Source of the DNA: Gammaproteobacteria bacterium
Lineage (GTDB): Bacteria; Pseudomonadota; Gammaproteobacteria; UBA4575
Direction of reading: 5' to 3'
Assembly (NCBI GenBank): GCA_965220895.1
Contig: OZ244850.1
Coordinates: 596,861-660,860 of the forward strand
Length of the DNA: 64,000 nt
The notes under the pieces were generated by a model. That model did not search any database and had not been told where the DNA came from. It saw nothing but the letters and a program-made list of their open reading frames with translations. The translations under genes were made by a program, and so were the position numbers. Positions 1 to 10,812 of this stretch are shown in pieces (positions within the stretch are counted from its first letter, which is position 1; the number at the start of each line of letters is the position of its first letter).

Positions 1-368
1 ATGTCCGTGTCACACAAGGCAGCATGGTATTGACCGGGAACACCATCGTCATTGAATCCGACGACAAGAAAGTCCGGAAGATCAAGGCCGAGGGCAATTT
101 GAGCACCTTCAGGCAAACCACTGATGATGGCAAAACGGTGTATGCGGAAGCGGCAAAAATGGTGTACGACATCGGCAAGAAGCAAATCGTGCTGACCGAA
201 AATGCGAAACTGACAGAAGATGGCAATACCCTTGCAAGTGACAGCATCGTTTTCCATACGGACAAGAAAACCGTCAGCGGGAGAAGCAATGCTGGCAGCG
301 GAAGAGTCAATATTACCGTTTTGCCTGAGACGGTCACGGACGAGCCGTCAAACAGACCCGGCCCCTGA
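1..368 (+). CDS. lptA: LptA, LPS transport periplasmic protein (C-terminal part; 5' end lies before the window)
   Basis: ORF 24-368 is open back to the window edge in the same frame. Repetitive beta-jellyroll-like K/T/D-rich sequence typical of LptA/OstA_N. Sits immediately upstream of lptB-rpoN, as in other proteobacteria. Confidence 0.6.
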   Translation, partial: VRVTQGSMVLTGNTIVIESDDKKVRKIKAEGNLSTFRQTTDDGKTVYAEAAKMVYDIGKKQIVLTENAKLTEDGNTLASDSIVFHTDKKTVSGRSNAGSGRVNITVLPETVTDEPSNRPGP

Positions 369-404
369 CTGCGTGCACGCCTAACCCCACGAGATTCTTG
401 CAGC

Positions 405-1133
405 ATGAACCAGCTACATACAGAAAATTTGCACAAGCGATTCAATGCGCACGTGGCCGTTCAGCAGGCCAACCTGGACGTCCAGTCCAGTGAGATTGTG
501 GGTTTGCTGGGCCCCAATGGTGCAGGCAAGACCACGTGCTTTTACATGCTGGCAGGATTACTGCGCACTACCGAGGGCCGTATCATTCTGAATGACCTGG
601 ACATCACGCACATGCCGATGCATGTCCGCGCCAGACACGGCATCGGCTACTTGCCGCAAGAGCCATCCATTTTCCGCGGTCTGACCGTAGAGCAGAATAT
701 CATGGTGAGTCTAGAAGCACGTGACGGCCTGGGGAAAAGACAGCGCAGACAGCAGTGCGAAAACTTGCTTGCCAACCTGCGAATCGAACATATCCGCGAC
801 TCCAAAGGCCAGCAGTTGTCCGGTGGGGAACGACGCCGTGCTGAAATCGCACGTGCGCTGGCGACCGAGCCGAAATTCATTTTGCTGGACGAGCCCTTCA
901 CAGGAGTGGACCCCATCTCTGTGAAGGACATACAACAGATACTCAAGGATTTGTGCAGTCATGGAATTGGACTGCTGATCACCGACCACAATGTCCGTGA
1001 GACACTGGGCATATGCGATCGCGCCTACATACTCAATAATGGACATGTGCTGGCTGAAGGCCCACCATCCAGCATTCTCTCAAACCAGCAGGTGCGCGAC
1101 ACTTATCTGGGGAAGCACTTCTCACTCGGCTAG
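405..1133 (+). CDS. lptB: LPS export ABC transporter ATP-binding protein LptB
   Basis: Walker [13 protein letters not shown] signature LSGGERRR, Walker B ILLDEP. Conserved position before rpoN. Confidence 0.9.
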   Translation: MNQLHTENLHKRFNAHVAVQQANLDVQSSEIVGLLGPNGAGKTTCFYMLAGLLRTTEGRIILNDLDITHMPMHVRARHGIGYLPQEPSIFRGLTVEQNIMVSLEARDGLGKRQRRQQCENLLANLRIEHIRDSKGQQLSGGERRRAEIARALATEPKFILLDEPFTGVDPISVKDIQQILKDLCSHGIGLLITDHNVRETLGICDRAYILNNGHVLAEGPPSSILSNQQVRDTYLGKHFSLG

Positions 1134-1263
1134 TCTGCCCGGGGTCGAGCCACCCCGTTATTCGAAATTCAGAAGCGCCTGCCCTCTCCGGCACGGGCAG
1201 GATCGCCCTGCACTTCACGAATAATCAACCATAAGCAAGCAATATTCATGCCATAATCTAGGC

Positions 1264-2715
1264 ATGCTAAAGCCCACCTTACAACTGCGTCTCGGACAAC
1301 AGCTGACCATGACGCAGCAACTGCAGCAGGCCATTCGACTTTTGCAGTTGTCATCGCTTGAACTCAAGGCGGCTATTCAGGATGCCTACGAATCCAATCC
1401 CTTGCTTGAAACCGAGGAAAATGACGGGCCTGGAGACCCGTCTGCTGAAAATGCAAAAATCAGCGAAGACGATCATGAAATCCGGGCGGATGCAGACGAT
1501 CCGGTGTCCTCGGAGGAGCCAGCAGGCGACCGTGAATGGGATGATATGTACGAGTTCTCCTACATGCCGGGGCTCAGCCATCAGACCGAGGATCATCTCG
1601 ACTACCTGGAATCGAAAACGGCAGGGTCGCAAGGCTCCTTGCAGGACCACCTGTTGTGGCAACTTGAGCTCAGTGCGCTTTCTGAGCAGGACCTGCTGGT
1701 GGCGGGAACCCTGGTCAATGCTTTGGATGAATCCGGCTATCTGCACGAGTCCCTGGAGAATATACACAGCAGCCTGCACCAGATGCACGAAATAGGATTG
1801 GATGAGATCGAGGCCGTTCTCAAGTTCGTACAGCGTCTTGATCCCGTTGGCTGTGGAACCCGTAGCCTGCAGGAATGTCTGGACGTGCAGTTGCAGCAAA
1901 TGCCCGATGACCTGCCCTTCCTGCCACAGGCGCGTTCAATCGTAGCTGGGCATCTTGACCTGGTGGGAATGAAGGACTACGCAAAATTGAGCGCCTGCAG
2001 TGGCTTGGAGATCGAGGAAATTGAACATGCGGTCGAACTGATTCAAACCCTGCACCCCAAGCCAGGAGACCTGATCAATACCCAAAAATCCGAGTACATC
2101 GTGCCCGACGTATATGTCGAAAAACACGGGGAGAAATGGAGCGTGCGACTGAATCCGTACACCATCCCGAAACTGAGCATCAACGGCGTATACTCGAACA
2201 TGATCAAGGACCTGGCCAGCGGCGATGCCGATTACATGCGCGGCCAGTTGCAGGAGGCACGCTGGCTGATCAAAAGCATCCAGCGCCGCAACCAGACCCT
2301 TGTTCGTGTTGCGACCTCAATCGTCATGCATCAGCAGGCTTTTTTCGAGTATGGGGAAGAAGCCATGCAGCCTTTGGTCTTGAAGGACATTGCCGATGAA
2401 ATCGACATGCATGAATCGACCGTATCACGCATTACCACAAACAAATTCATGGATTCCCCAAAGGGTGTATTTGAGTTCAAATATTTCTTTTCAAGCCATG
2501 TCAGCACCAACGATGGGGGCGTATGTTCTGCCACAGCGATCAAGGCAATGATCAAGAAACTGATACAGGAGGAGAACCAGGCAAGGCCCTTGAGTGATCA
2601 CAAGATCGCCGGCCTTCTTGAACAAAAAGGCATCAGTGTCGCGCGCCGCACGATCGCCAAGTACCGTGAATCCCTGACGATCCCGTCCTCCAGTCAACGC
2701 CGGCGGCTTGGATGA
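1264..2715 (+). CDS. rpoN: RNA polymerase sigma-54 factor
   Basis: N-terminal LQLRLGQQLTMTQQLQQAIRLLQ activator-interacting region. C-terminal RpoN box ARRTIAKYRE. 483 aa. Confidence 0.95.
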   Translation: MLKPTLQLRLGQQLTMTQQLQQAIRLLQLSSLELKAAIQDAYESNPLLETEENDGPGDPSAENAKISEDDHEIRADADDPVSSEEPAGDREWDDMYEFSYMPGLSHQTEDHLDYLESKTAGSQGSLQDHLLWQLELSALSEQDLLVAGTLVNALDESGYLHESLENIHSSLHQMHEIGLDEIEAVLKFVQRLDPVGCGTRSLQECLDVQLQQMPDDLPFLPQARSIVAGHLDLVGMKDYAKLSACSGLEIEEIEHAVELIQTLHPKPGDLINTQKSEYIVPDVYVEKHGEKWSVRLNPYTIPKLSINGVYSNMIKDLASGDADYMRGQLQEARWLIKSIQRRNQTLVRVATSIVMHQQAFFEYGEEAMQPLVLKDIADEIDMHESTVSRITTNKFMDSPKGVFEFKYFFSSHVSTNDGGVCSATAIKAMIKKLIQEENQARPLSDHKIAGLLEQKGISVARRTIAKYRESLTIPSSSQRRRLG

Positions 2716-2773
2716 AAAGTGTTAATCTCATAACTTCTATGCTTAACTGTTACCAGCGCCAAAAGGAATAACT

Positions 2774-3094
2774 ATGCGAATAAATATTACTGGCCATCAT
2801 CTCAAAGTGACCGATGCCCTGAGGAATCATGTAGAAAAGAAATTCAAGCGGCTGACCCGACACTTTGAACAGGTGATCAATGTTCACGTTATCCTGACTG
2901 TCGAAAAGCTCACCCATAAGGCCGAAGCCTCCCTGCAGGTAAGTGGCAGCAAGATTTTTGCAAACTCATACAATGAAGGTATGTATGCGGCCGTTGACTC
3001 TCTGGTAGATAAGCTGGACCGGCAGATTGTGAAGCACAAGGAAAAATTGAAAGATCATCACCAAAGCGAAGTGAGGCACCGTACAAACTACTGA
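2774..3094 (+). CDS. hpf: ribosome hibernation promoting factor
   Basis: MRINITGHHLKVTDALRNHVEKKF start, typical of the HPF/YfiA family. Position after rpoN. Confidence 0.9.
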   Translation: MRINITGHHLKVTDALRNHVEKKFKRLTRHFEQVINVHVILTVEKLTHKAEASLQVSGSKIFANSYNEGMYAAVDSLVDKLDRQIVKHKEKLKDHHQSEVRHRTNY

Positions 3095-3112
3095 CATCTG
3101 GGATCTTGGGTT

Positions 3113-3580
3113 ATGCTTCTCAAAGACTACATCTCTGAGAAAGGAGTGATATTTGCCACATCCGTTAGTAGCAAAAAAGGGGCGCTGGAACTTCTCAGTG
3201 AATCTCTTGCACGACAGCATCCGGATTTGACCAAAAACAAGGTGCTGGATGCCTTGCTGGCCCGTGAGAAACTGGGCAGCACAGGGCTTGGCAAAGGAAT
3301 CGCAATCCCGCATTGCCGGCTGGAAGAAATCGATAACATCTACGTGGCAATGCTAAAACTGGACAAGGGTGTTGAATTTGAATCCACTGACAGCCTGGCT
3401 GTTAATTTTTTGTTTTGCATGGTGGTGCCAGAAAATGCCGCGGACGAACAACTCCAACTGCTATCTGGTCTTGCCAAACTGTTGGGAAATGACCAGATCA
3501 GGCAATCCATAGAAAAATGCAGTAATGCAAAATGCCTTTACAACTTGCTTTGCCAGGACTCAGGGCATCTTGTGCCCTGA
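3113..3580 (+). CDS. ptsN: PTS IIA-Ntr (nitrogen regulatory EIIA)
   Basis: EIIA-fructose-type fold with phosphorylatable His in GKGIAIPHC. rpoN-operon synteny. Confidence 0.85.
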   Translation: MLLKDYISEKGVIFATSVSSKKGALELLSESLARQHPDLTKNKVLDALLAREKLGSTGLGKGIAIPHCRLEEIDNIYVAMLKLDKGVEFESTDSLAVNFLFCMVVPENAADEQLQLLSGLAKLLGNDQIRQSIEKCSNAKCLYNLLCQDSGHLVP

Positions 3581-3689
3581 CCCTATAACCGAAATCTTCC
3601 TGCAAGCCGGTCTGCCGTTCCCTTCTCGGCGTGAGACAGGAACGCCTTTTAGACGCATGGCTAAGACAAATAACTGAATTTTTCCGGCA

Positions 3690-4226
3690 ATGAAAGATAC
3701 CGAGATTTCCATATTGCATGGTGTGTTCATGGAAATCGCAGAGGTCGGTGTGCTGCTTGCCGGACAAAGCGGTTTGGGTAAAAGTGAACTTGCTTTGGAT
3801 CTCATCAGCAGGGGGCACAGACTGATCGCAGATGATGCCCCGGAATTCACTCGAATCGCAGCGGATACGATTTGTGGAACCTGCCCAGATGCCCTGCAAG
3901 ACTTTCTTGAAGTGCGGGGGTTGGGAGTATTAAATGTACGCGAGATGTACGGGGGAAAGGCGATCAAATCTAGTCAACACCTGGAGTTGATTGTCGAGTT
4001 GGTCCCGGCTGAACAGACACCTTTACCCTCCGAGGACCGGGTCCAGCTTCCCGAAGGCAAAACCGACGTGCTTGGTGTGGAAATCCCCACGATTGTCTTT
4101 CCCGTAGCCCCAAACAGAAACCTTGCTGTCCTGGTAGAGGCAGCTGCACGTTCTCGATCGCTTGGCAAGCGTGGCTATGTCGCCAGCAGGGACTTCAGCG
4201 ATCGCCAGAAAAAACTGATGCAGTAA
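3690..4226 (+). CDS. hprK: short HPr kinase/phosphorylase homolog (kinase C-domain only)
   Basis: P-loop GQSGLGKSE and HprK C-domain motifs. 178 aa, as in the truncated proteobacterial HprK. Confidence 0.7.
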   Translation: MKDTEISILHGVFMEIAEVGVLLAGQSGLGKSELALDLISRGHRLIADDAPEFTRIAADTICGTCPDALQDFLEVRGLGVLNVREMYGGKAIKSSQHLELIVELVPAEQTPLPSEDRVQLPEGKTDVLGVEIPTIVFPVAPNRNLAVLVEAAARSRSLGKRGYVASRDFSDRQKKLMQ

Positions 4227-4232
4227 GTACTG

Positions 4233-5096
4233 ATGAAGCTAGTCGTCGTGAGCGGCCTGTCAGGTTCAGGAAAAACAGTCGCTATCAATACCCTTGAAGA
4301 CAACGATTTTTACTGCATCGATAATATGCCCCTGAACATGCTGCCTGTCTGCATCGAGCAATTCATCGCAAGCTCTCCGGTTCTTTATGAAAAAATTGCG
4401 ATCGGAGTCGATGCACGCAATGTCAGCCAAGACATGCATGCGTTTCCAAATATCATCAAGGAATTCAGGCAGCAGGGCATTGACCTGGAGCTTGTCTACC
4501 TGGAGGCCAGCGATGAGGCGCTGATACAACGATACAGCGAAACCGGCCGCAAGCATCCGTTTACCCAAAAAGGATTGTCGCTGATTGATGCCATTCAGAC
4601 CGAAAAACAAATCCTTTCAGAAGTTGTAGTGCTTGCCGATATCTGCATTGACACCACCTTGACCAACGTGCGGCAACTGCGCTCTGTAATTACAGACCGG
4701 GTATGCAAAAACAGGTCCACCACACTGACCCTGCTGTTGCAGTCGTTTGGTTTTAAGTACAGTGTCCCGAATGATTCAAATTATGTTTTTGACGTGCGCT
4801 TTTTACCCAATCCCTACTGGGAACAGCACCTGCGCAGCTTGGGCGGCAATCACCCGGAAGTCATTGACTATCTCCAGTCTCATGAAGAAGTAAGGCTAAT
4901 GATCACTTCGGTTGGCGACTTCATCGAGCACTGGGCGCCTTATTTTTCCCGGGAAAGCCGCAATTATTTGAGTGTCTCCATCGGATGTACCGGTGGTCAA
5001 CACCGCTCGGTGCACATCACAGAATTTGTGGCAGACCGTTTCCGAAAGTCCACCGACAAACATGTGCTGGTCCGTCACCGGGACCTGAAATACTGA
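4233..5096 (+). CDS. rapZ: RNase adapter protein RapZ (YhbJ)
   Basis: N-terminal P-loop GLSGSGKT and the conserved RapZ C-terminal domain. 287 aa. Confidence 0.9.
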   Translation: MKLVVVSGLSGSGKTVAINTLEDNDFYCIDNMPLNMLPVCIEQFIASSPVLYEKIAIGVDARNVSQDMHAFPNIIKEFRQQGIDLELVYLEASDEALIQRYSETGRKHPFTQKGLSLIDAIQTEKQILSEVVVLADICIDTTLTNVRQLRSVITDRVCKNRSTTLTLLLQSFGFKYSVPNDSNYVFDVRFLPNPYWEQHLRSLGGNHPEVIDYLQSHEEVRLMITSVGDFIEHWAPYFSRESRNYLSVSIGCTGGQHRSVHITEFVADRFRKSTDKHVLVRHRDLKY

Positions 5097-5097
5097 C

Positions 5098-5496
5098 ATG
5101 GCAGTATCCATACTCATCGTCACACATGGCAGCCTGGGGCATGAGCTGCTTGTAACGGCTGAATCCATGCTTGACGCCCCGCTCCCTCTGGTTTGCAGGG
5201 CACTTTCCGTGACCGATGCCAGCAATGCTGATGAACTGCTGTCCACGGCCCGAGAGCTCTGTGCCGAGATCGGCCAGGGAGACGGGGTACTCGTCCTGAC
5301 AGACATATTTGGTTCAACACCAAGCAACATCTGCAACAAACTGAATGTATCTGAAGATGTGCGCGTGCTTGCCGGACTCAGTCTGCCCATGCTGATTCGT
5401 ACCATGAACTATCCGGACCTGAGTCTGGACAACCTTGCAGAGAAGGCCCTGAGCGGTGCACACGACGGCATTGTGGACTGCAGTCCGAAGAGATAA
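5098..5496 (+). CDS. PTS EIIA component, mannose/fructose family
   Basis: ILIVTHGSLGHELL with the phosphorylatable His of the EIIA-Man fold. 132 aa, in PTS-Ntr context. Confidence 0.75.
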   Translation: MAVSILIVTHGSLGHELLVTAESMLDAPLPLVCRALSVTDASNADELLSTARELCAEIGQGDGVLVLTDIFGSTPSNICNKLNVSEDVRVLAGLSLPMLIRTMNYPDLSLDNLAEKALSGAHDGIVDCSPKR

Positions 5497-5501
5497 GGAA
5501 C

Positions 5502-5771
5502 ATGCTCAGCAAGGAATTGACCATACCCAACAAGCTCGGACTGCATGCGCGTGCGGCAGCGAAGCTGGTAGCCCTGGCATCCGCTTTCCAAAGTGAAATA
5601 CAGGTGGAAAAAGACTCCAGAAAGGTCAACGGGAAAAGTATCATGGGGGTCATGATGCTGGCAGCGAGTCAGCATTCAAAAGTGACTGTTACGGCCTCAG
5701 GGATCGACGAGCGGGATGCTATGGTCTCTATCGAAAACCTGGTCAACAATTTTTTTGATGAAGACGAATAG
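5502..5771 (+). CDS. HPr-family phosphocarrier protein (NPr-like)
   Basis: GLHARAAAKLV His15 motif and SIMGVMML Ser46-region. 89 aa. Confidence 0.85.
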   Translation: MLSKELTIPNKLGLHARAAAKLVALASAFQSEIQVEKDSRKVNGKSIMGVMMLAASQHSKVTVTASGIDERDAMVSIENLVNNFFDEDE

Positions 5772-5795
5772 GGTGTTCAAGGACGCTGGTTTGCA

Positions 5796-7526
5796 ATGGC
5801 ACTGATTATTTCCGGGATCGATGTATCCAAAGGCGTTGCCATAGGGAACGTGCACCTGCTCGATCGTGGCGCACCCGAAGTATTTGAGCACAAACTAAAA
5901 AAGGACGAAATCAAACCGGAAGTCGAACGTTTCCAGAATGCCGTCGATGAAGCCAGCAACCACCTGCGCGGCATACGTGACACCATTCCCAAAGACACAT
6001 CCTCGGATGTTGCCGCATTTATCGATTCACATATCCTCATGCTCAAGGACTCCATGCTTCGCAAAGTGCCGGCCGGAATCATTCGCAAACAACGCTGCAA
6101 TGCCGAATGGGCGCTGAAAATACAGCATGACAAACTGATTTCCACTTTTGAACAGATGGAAGACGATTATCTGCGCACCCGTGTCAATGATGTCGGGCAC
6201 GTGATCAACCTGATTCAGCAAATCCTGAAAGACCGGAAGTACACAGTGCAGATCGATGCGCAACCTCTGAAAGGCCGCATCATCGTGGCCGATGACCTCA
6301 CTCCCGCAGACACCGTTTTGATGCAGACCCAGAGCATTGCAGGCTTTATCACTGAACTGGGCGGGCCTCTTTCCCACACCGCGATTTTGGCCCGCAGTCT
6401 GGGAATTCCTGCCGTGGTCGGCGTTCAAGGTGCACGCTCACTTCTGCGACAGGAAGAACAGATCATCATTGATGGCAGCAGTGGCATGGTGCTGGCGGGT
6501 GCAGACCAGAAAACGATTCGCAGCTACCGAATGAGACAGCGCAAGGAAAAGGAAGCGCGACGCAAGTTGCGGGCTTTGCGCGATGTCTCGGCCAAGACAC
6601 GCGATGGCCGGCGAATCAGCCTGCAGGCCAACATCGAGCTGGCCGAAGACATGATTGCACTGAGGCAGTCTGGAGCAGATGGCGTGGGACTCTACCGCAC
6701 AGAATTTCTCTATATCGACCGTGAAGAACCGGCAGACGAAGCTGAACAGCTGAATGCCTACCGGAAAATCATTCGTGCACTGAAAGGCAAACCCTTGACT
6801 ATCCGCACTCTGGACCTGGGTGCTGAGAAGGAATTTGATCCCCATTTCCAGGGACCACTGACGCAAAACCCCGCATTGGGGTTGCGTGCGATTCGCAGGT
6901 CCCTCAAGGACATCGACCTGTTCAAACAACAGTTGCGGGCAATATTGCGAGCTTCTTCCTACGGACCGGTCCGCATTCTGTTGCCCATGGTTACAAGCCA
7001 TGCCGAGCTGGTTCAGTCCTTATCCATCCTGGAACAAGCCAAGCAGGAACTGGAGGGCGGGCAACACTCCTATGATCAAAACATCCCGATCGGTGCCATG
7101 ATCGAGGTCCCTGCAGCAGCATTGTCTGCGCATATTTTTGCAAAGCAGCTCAACTTCCTGTCCATCGGCACGAATGACTTGATTCAATACACACTTGCCA
7201 TTGACCGGATTGATGATCAGGTGAACTACCTGTACGACCCATTACACCCCTCCGTGCTGAAATTGGTCGACCTGACCCTGCGTGCAGGCCGTCATGCAAA
7301 GATTCCCGTTGCAATGTGCGGAGAAATGGCAGGGGACCCGCGCTATACCAGACTGCTGCTTGGTCTGGGACTGCAGGAATTCAGCACACACCCCTCCAAC
7401 CTTCTGGAAATTAAGCAGATTGTCAACCGGAGCAGAATTTCGGAGCTGGAAAAACCTGCGAGGAGAATCCTGAACACAACCCGGCCCGCCAGAATCACTT
7501 CCCTGGTTGATTCACTGAACGACTAG
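5796..7526 (+). CDS. ptsI: phosphoenolpyruvate-protein phosphotransferase (PTS enzyme I), no GAF domain
   Basis: 576 aa. PEP-utilizing enzyme mobile domain plus TIM-barrel PEP-binding domain (NDLIQYTLA, CGEMAGDP). Confidence 0.85.
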   Translation: MALIISGIDVSKGVAIGNVHLLDRGAPEVFEHKLKKDEIKPEVERFQNAVDEASNHLRGIRDTIPKDTSSDVAAFIDSHILMLKDSMLRKVPAGIIRKQRCNAEWALKIQHDKLISTFEQMEDDYLRTRVNDVGHVINLIQQILKDRKYTVQIDAQPLKGRIIVADDLTPADTVLMQTQSIAGFITELGGPLSHTAILARSLGIPAVVGVQGARSLLRQEEQIIIDGSSGMVLAGADQKTIRSYRMRQRKEKEARRKLRALRDVSAKTRDGRRISLQANIELAEDMIALRQSGADGVGLYRTEFLYIDREEPADEAEQLNAYRKIIRALKGKPLTIRTLDLGAEKEFDPHFQGPLTQNPALGLRAIRRSLKDIDLFKQQLRAILRASSYGPVRILLPMVTSHAELVQSLSILEQAKQELEGGQHSYDQNIPIGAMIEVPAAALSAHIFAKQLNFLSIGTNDLIQYTLAIDRIDDQVNYLYDPLHPSVLKLVDLTLRAGRHAKIPVAMCGEMAGDPRYTRLLLGLGLQEFSTHPSNLLEIKQIVNRSRISELEKPARRILNTTRPARITSLVDSLND

Positions 7527-7618
7527 CTCCTCCTGGCCTGGTAATCCGTGCTTTGGCAGGAAACTACCAAAGCAGTTACACTTGCCACCCATCTTCGCAA
7601 CCGTAAACCGTTCAGCCA

Positions 7619-8971
7619 ATGCCTGACTCTGCACTACAGACACAGAACCAGACCCTGAAGGTCATCAGTGAGGCCTTGCAGACTGGAACCATGCAGCGTG
7701 CCAGACGCATGCTGAACGCATTGCATCCAGCCGAGATTGCCAATCTGCTGGAGGCGCTTCCCCATTCACAGCGCATCATTGTCTGGAACATGCTCGACAC
7801 CGATGACGGGGAAATCCTGCTGAATGTTGGCGAAGAAGTCCGCAGCGGCCTGATCAAGCTCATGGGCAGTGAAGCCCTGGTGGCAGCCACCGAAGGTCTG
7901 GAAATCGATGATCTTGCAGACCTGCTTGTTGACCTGCCGCACACGGTTACACGACAAGTGCTGGCCAGCATGGACTATCAGGACCGTCAGCGCCTGGAAG
8001 CCGTATTGTCCTATGATGAAGATACCGCCGGGGGCCTGATGAATACCGACATGGTCACCGTGCGCCATGATGTCACACTGGACGTGGTGCTCCGCTATCT
8101 GCGCGGTCGGGGCACGCTTCCCGATGGAACGGACTCACTGTTTGTCGTCGACCGTTACGAACGCTACATTGGCGCACTTCCGCTCTCAAAAGTGTTGACC
8201 AACAACTCAACGAAAGTGGTACGGGATGTGCTTGAGGACGATGTTCGCGCGTTCGATGCCAACACGGAGGCTTCCCAGGTTGCAAAGGCTTTCGAGGATT
8301 TGGACCTGGTTTCAGCGGCAGTCGTTGATACAGACAACAAGCTGATCGGCCGCATCACTGTGGATGACGTCGTGGATGTCATCCGTGAAGAAGCTGAGCA
8401 TTCGGTGTTCAGCATGGCAGGCTTGTCGGAAGAAGAAGATTTGTTCGCTCCCGTTGTGGCATCTACACAGCGCCGCACCATCTGGCTGGGAGTAAACCTG
8501 TTGACCGCTTTTCTGGCTGCCTGGGTCATCAGCCTGTTTCAGGTGACTTTGGAAAAAATCATCGTGCTGGCAATTCTGATCCCGGTGGTTGCAAGCATGG
8601 GGGGTATAGCCGGTTATCAGACGTTGACCCTGGTGATCCGGGGCCTGGCACTCGGGCAGGTCGGACGCAGTAATTCCAAGCTGTTATTGTTCAAGGAACT
8701 TGCAGTCGGGTTCTTGAACGGGATGACGTGGGCTCTCATCGTTGCGCTGATCGTTGTCCTGTGGTTCAAGGATTTCAAGATGGGTGGAATCATTGCAGTT
8801 GCAACCATGGCAAACCTGTTGTGTGCGGCACTTGCGGGCGTATCAATCCCGGTAATTTTGCGCAACCTCAACATTGATCCGGCACTGGCGGGAGGAGTCA
8901 TCCTGACCACGATCACCGACGTCATCGGGATTTTCGCCTTTCTTGGGCTGGCAACCTGGCTGCTGCTTTAA
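7619..8971 (+). CDS. mgtE: magnesium transporter MgtE
   Basis: N-domain, tandem CBS domains and C-terminal 5-TM MgtE membrane domain. 450 aa. Confidence 0.9.
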   Translation: MPDSALQTQNQTLKVISEALQTGTMQRARRMLNALHPAEIANLLEALPHSQRIIVWNMLDTDDGEILLNVGEEVRSGLIKLMGSEALVAATEGLEIDDLADLLVDLPHTVTRQVLASMDYQDRQRLEAVLSYDEDTAGGLMNTDMVTVRHDVTLDVVLRYLRGRGTLPDGTDSLFVVDRYERYIGALPLSKVLTNNSTKVVRDVLEDDVRAFDANTEASQVAKAFEDLDLVSAAVVDTDNKLIGRITVDDVVDVIREEAEHSVFSMAGLSEEEDLFAPVVASTQRRTIWLGVNLLTAFLAAWVISLFQVTLEKIIVLAILIPVVASMGGIAGYQTLTLVIRGLALGQVGRSNSKLLLFKELAVGFLNGMTWALIVALIVVLWFKDFKMGGIIAVATMANLLCAALAGVSIPVILRNLNIDPALAGGVILTTITDVIGIFAFLGLATWLLL

Positions 8972-8988
8972 AACCCGCCCCTCAAAGT

Positions 8989-9008
8989 GCCTGTCAGGCC
9001 GTTTTTTG
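8989..9008 (+). terminator. intrinsic terminator after mgtE (GCCTG-T-CAGGC hairpin followed by a T-run)
   Basis: Perfect 5-bp stem with a 1-nt loop followed by CGTTTTTTG, 18 nt after the mgtE stop. Confidence 0.45.
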
Positions 9009-9029
9009 TCCGATACCGGGAAGGCTCGT

Positions 9030-9596
9030 TCAGGTCTTAGGCAAGGTCACGCCTTGCTGACCCTGATATTTCCCGCCCCGGTCCTTGTAAGAGGTTTCAC
9101 AGGTTTCGTCGGACTCGAAAAAGAGTACCTGTGCGATGCCCTCATTGGCATAGATTTTGGCTGGCAGTGGCGTGGAATTTGAGATTTCTATGGTGACATG
9201 TCCCTCCCACTCGGGCTCAAGCGGGGTCACGTTGATAATGATTCCACAACGCGCATAGGTAGACTTCCCCAGACACACCGTCAGTACCGAGCGTGGAATA
9301 CGAAAATACTCAACGGTCCTCGCCAGCACAAAGGAATTTGGAGGGATTACGCACTCATCCGCCTTGAGATCTATGAAACTGTCCATGTTGAACTGCTTTG
9401 GGTCCACCATCGCAGAATTGATGTTGGTGAAGATTTTGAATTCATCCGCACAGCGCACGTCATAGCCGTAGCTGGACGTTCCGTAAGAAACTAGGCGTCC
9501 ATTGTCGCCGGAACGCACCTGGCCCGCCTCGAACGGCTCAATCATGCCATGCTGCTCCGCCATTCGACGAATCCAGCGATCTGATTTAATTGCCAT
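9030..9596 (-). CDS. dcd: dCTP deaminase
   Basis: 188 aa with the conserved Dcd motifs SSYGYDVRC and the [10 protein letters not shown]-type region. Confidence 0.9.
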   Translation of the reverse strand: MAIKSDRWIRRMAEQHGMIEPFEAGQVRSGDNGRLVSYGTSSYGYDVRCADEFKIFTNINSAMVDPKQFNMDSFIDLKADECVIPPNSFVLARTVEYFRIPRSVLTVCLGKSTYARCGIIINVTPLEPEWEGHVTIEISNSTPLPAKIYANEGIAQVLFFESDETCETSYKDRGGKYQGQQGVTLPKT

Positions 9597-9723
9597 AGAT
9601 ACTCAACTTCACCATGCCCCTGTCCGGGACCCGCCCGTACAGTGCAGTTCCAAATGTACTTGTTACCTGGTGTGACCGCAAAAAGCAGTGTGTCCTACAA
9701 GGATGGGACCATGAAAAAGGCCG

Positions 9724-10812
9724 TCAGGTATTCTGGATAACAATTTTTGGAAAGCGTGCCCTGTAGTCTTTCCCCTGTGCGGCAAGTTTTGCAGCAGCCT
9801 TGCGTGCGATCTCACGATAAATTTCAGCGATGCGACTGTCCGGCATCATTGCCACGGATGGGTTTCCACCGTCCGCCTGCTCACGAATCTTGATATCCAA
9901 GGGCAAGGCGCCCAGTATGTCGACACCCGATTCCTCGGCCATTCGCTGGCCGCCCCCCTGGCCAAAAATGGCCTCTTCATGGCCGCACTTGCTGCAAATA
10001 TGGATACTCATGTTTTCCACGACGCCCAGCACCGGCACTTCAACTTTCTCAAACATCTTTAATCCCTTGCGTGCATCCAGCAGGGCAATGTCCTGAGGCG
10101 TAGTGACGATAATGGCCCCGCTTACCGGTATTTTCTGCGCCAGGGTCAGCTGCACATCTCCCGTACCGGGAGGCAAGTCAACCACCAAGTAGTCGAGTCC
10201 GCGCCAGCAAGTATCGTTTAGCAACTGCTCGAGTGCCTGGGTCACCATCGGGCCCCGCCAGATCATGGGGGTTTCCTCGTCGATCAAGAACCCGATGGAC
10301 ATGGCCTGCAGTCCATGGGCTACCATGGGCTCCAGGCTTTTGCCATCGCTAGACTCGGGCTGCCCGCTCACGCCTAGCATGCGGGGCTGACTGGGGCCAT
10401 AGATATCGGCATCCAGCATGCCCACTGTCGCACCCTCCATGGACAAGGCCAGGGCAAGATTCACCGCGGTCGTGGATTTACCCACACCCCCCTTGCCGGA
10501 AGCCACGGCAATGATGTTTTTGATATTTTCAAGAGGTTTGAGGCTTTTCTGTACCGTATGCGCCTCAATCTGCCAGCCTACATCCACCTGCACGCGCTCT
10601 GCTCCGGCTTCCTTTACTTTGGCCTCGATCTGCCTGGCAAGACCGTCCGTGACCCCTTTCGCTGGATAGCCGAGCTTGACCGTGACGCTCACCTCATCGC
10701 CTTCGGTCTCAATCTGTTTTACCGTATTGCCCGCAACCAGATCTTTTCCAAGATAAGGGTCCTGGATCTGTTTCAGTGCAGTCTCCACGTGCTCTTTCGT
10801 AAGCTGAACCAT
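9724..10812 (-). CDS. apbC: Fe-S cluster carrier ATPase ApbC/Mrp
   Basis: Deviant Walker A GKGGVGKST, CxxC motif (CSKCGHE), N-terminal DUF59-like domain. Divergent from metG as in E. coli mrp-metG. Confidence 0.9.
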   Translation of the reverse strand: MVQLTKEHVETALKQIQDPYLGKDLVAGNTVKQIETEGDEVSVTVKLGYPAKGVTDGLARQIEAKVKEAGAERVQVDVGWQIEAHTVQKSLKPLENIKNIIAVASGKGGVGKSTTAVNLALALSMEGATVGMLDADIYGPSQPRMLGVSGQPESSDGKSLEPMVAHGLQAMSIGFLIDEETPMIWRGPMVTQALEQLLNDTCWRGLDYLVVDLPPGTGDVQLTLAQKIPVSGAIIVTTPQDIALLDARKGLKMFEKVEVPVLGVVENMSIHICSKCGHEEAIFGQGGGQRMAEESGVDILGALPLDIKIREQADGGNPSVAMMPDSRIAEIYREIARKAAAKLAAQGKDYRARFPKIVIQNT

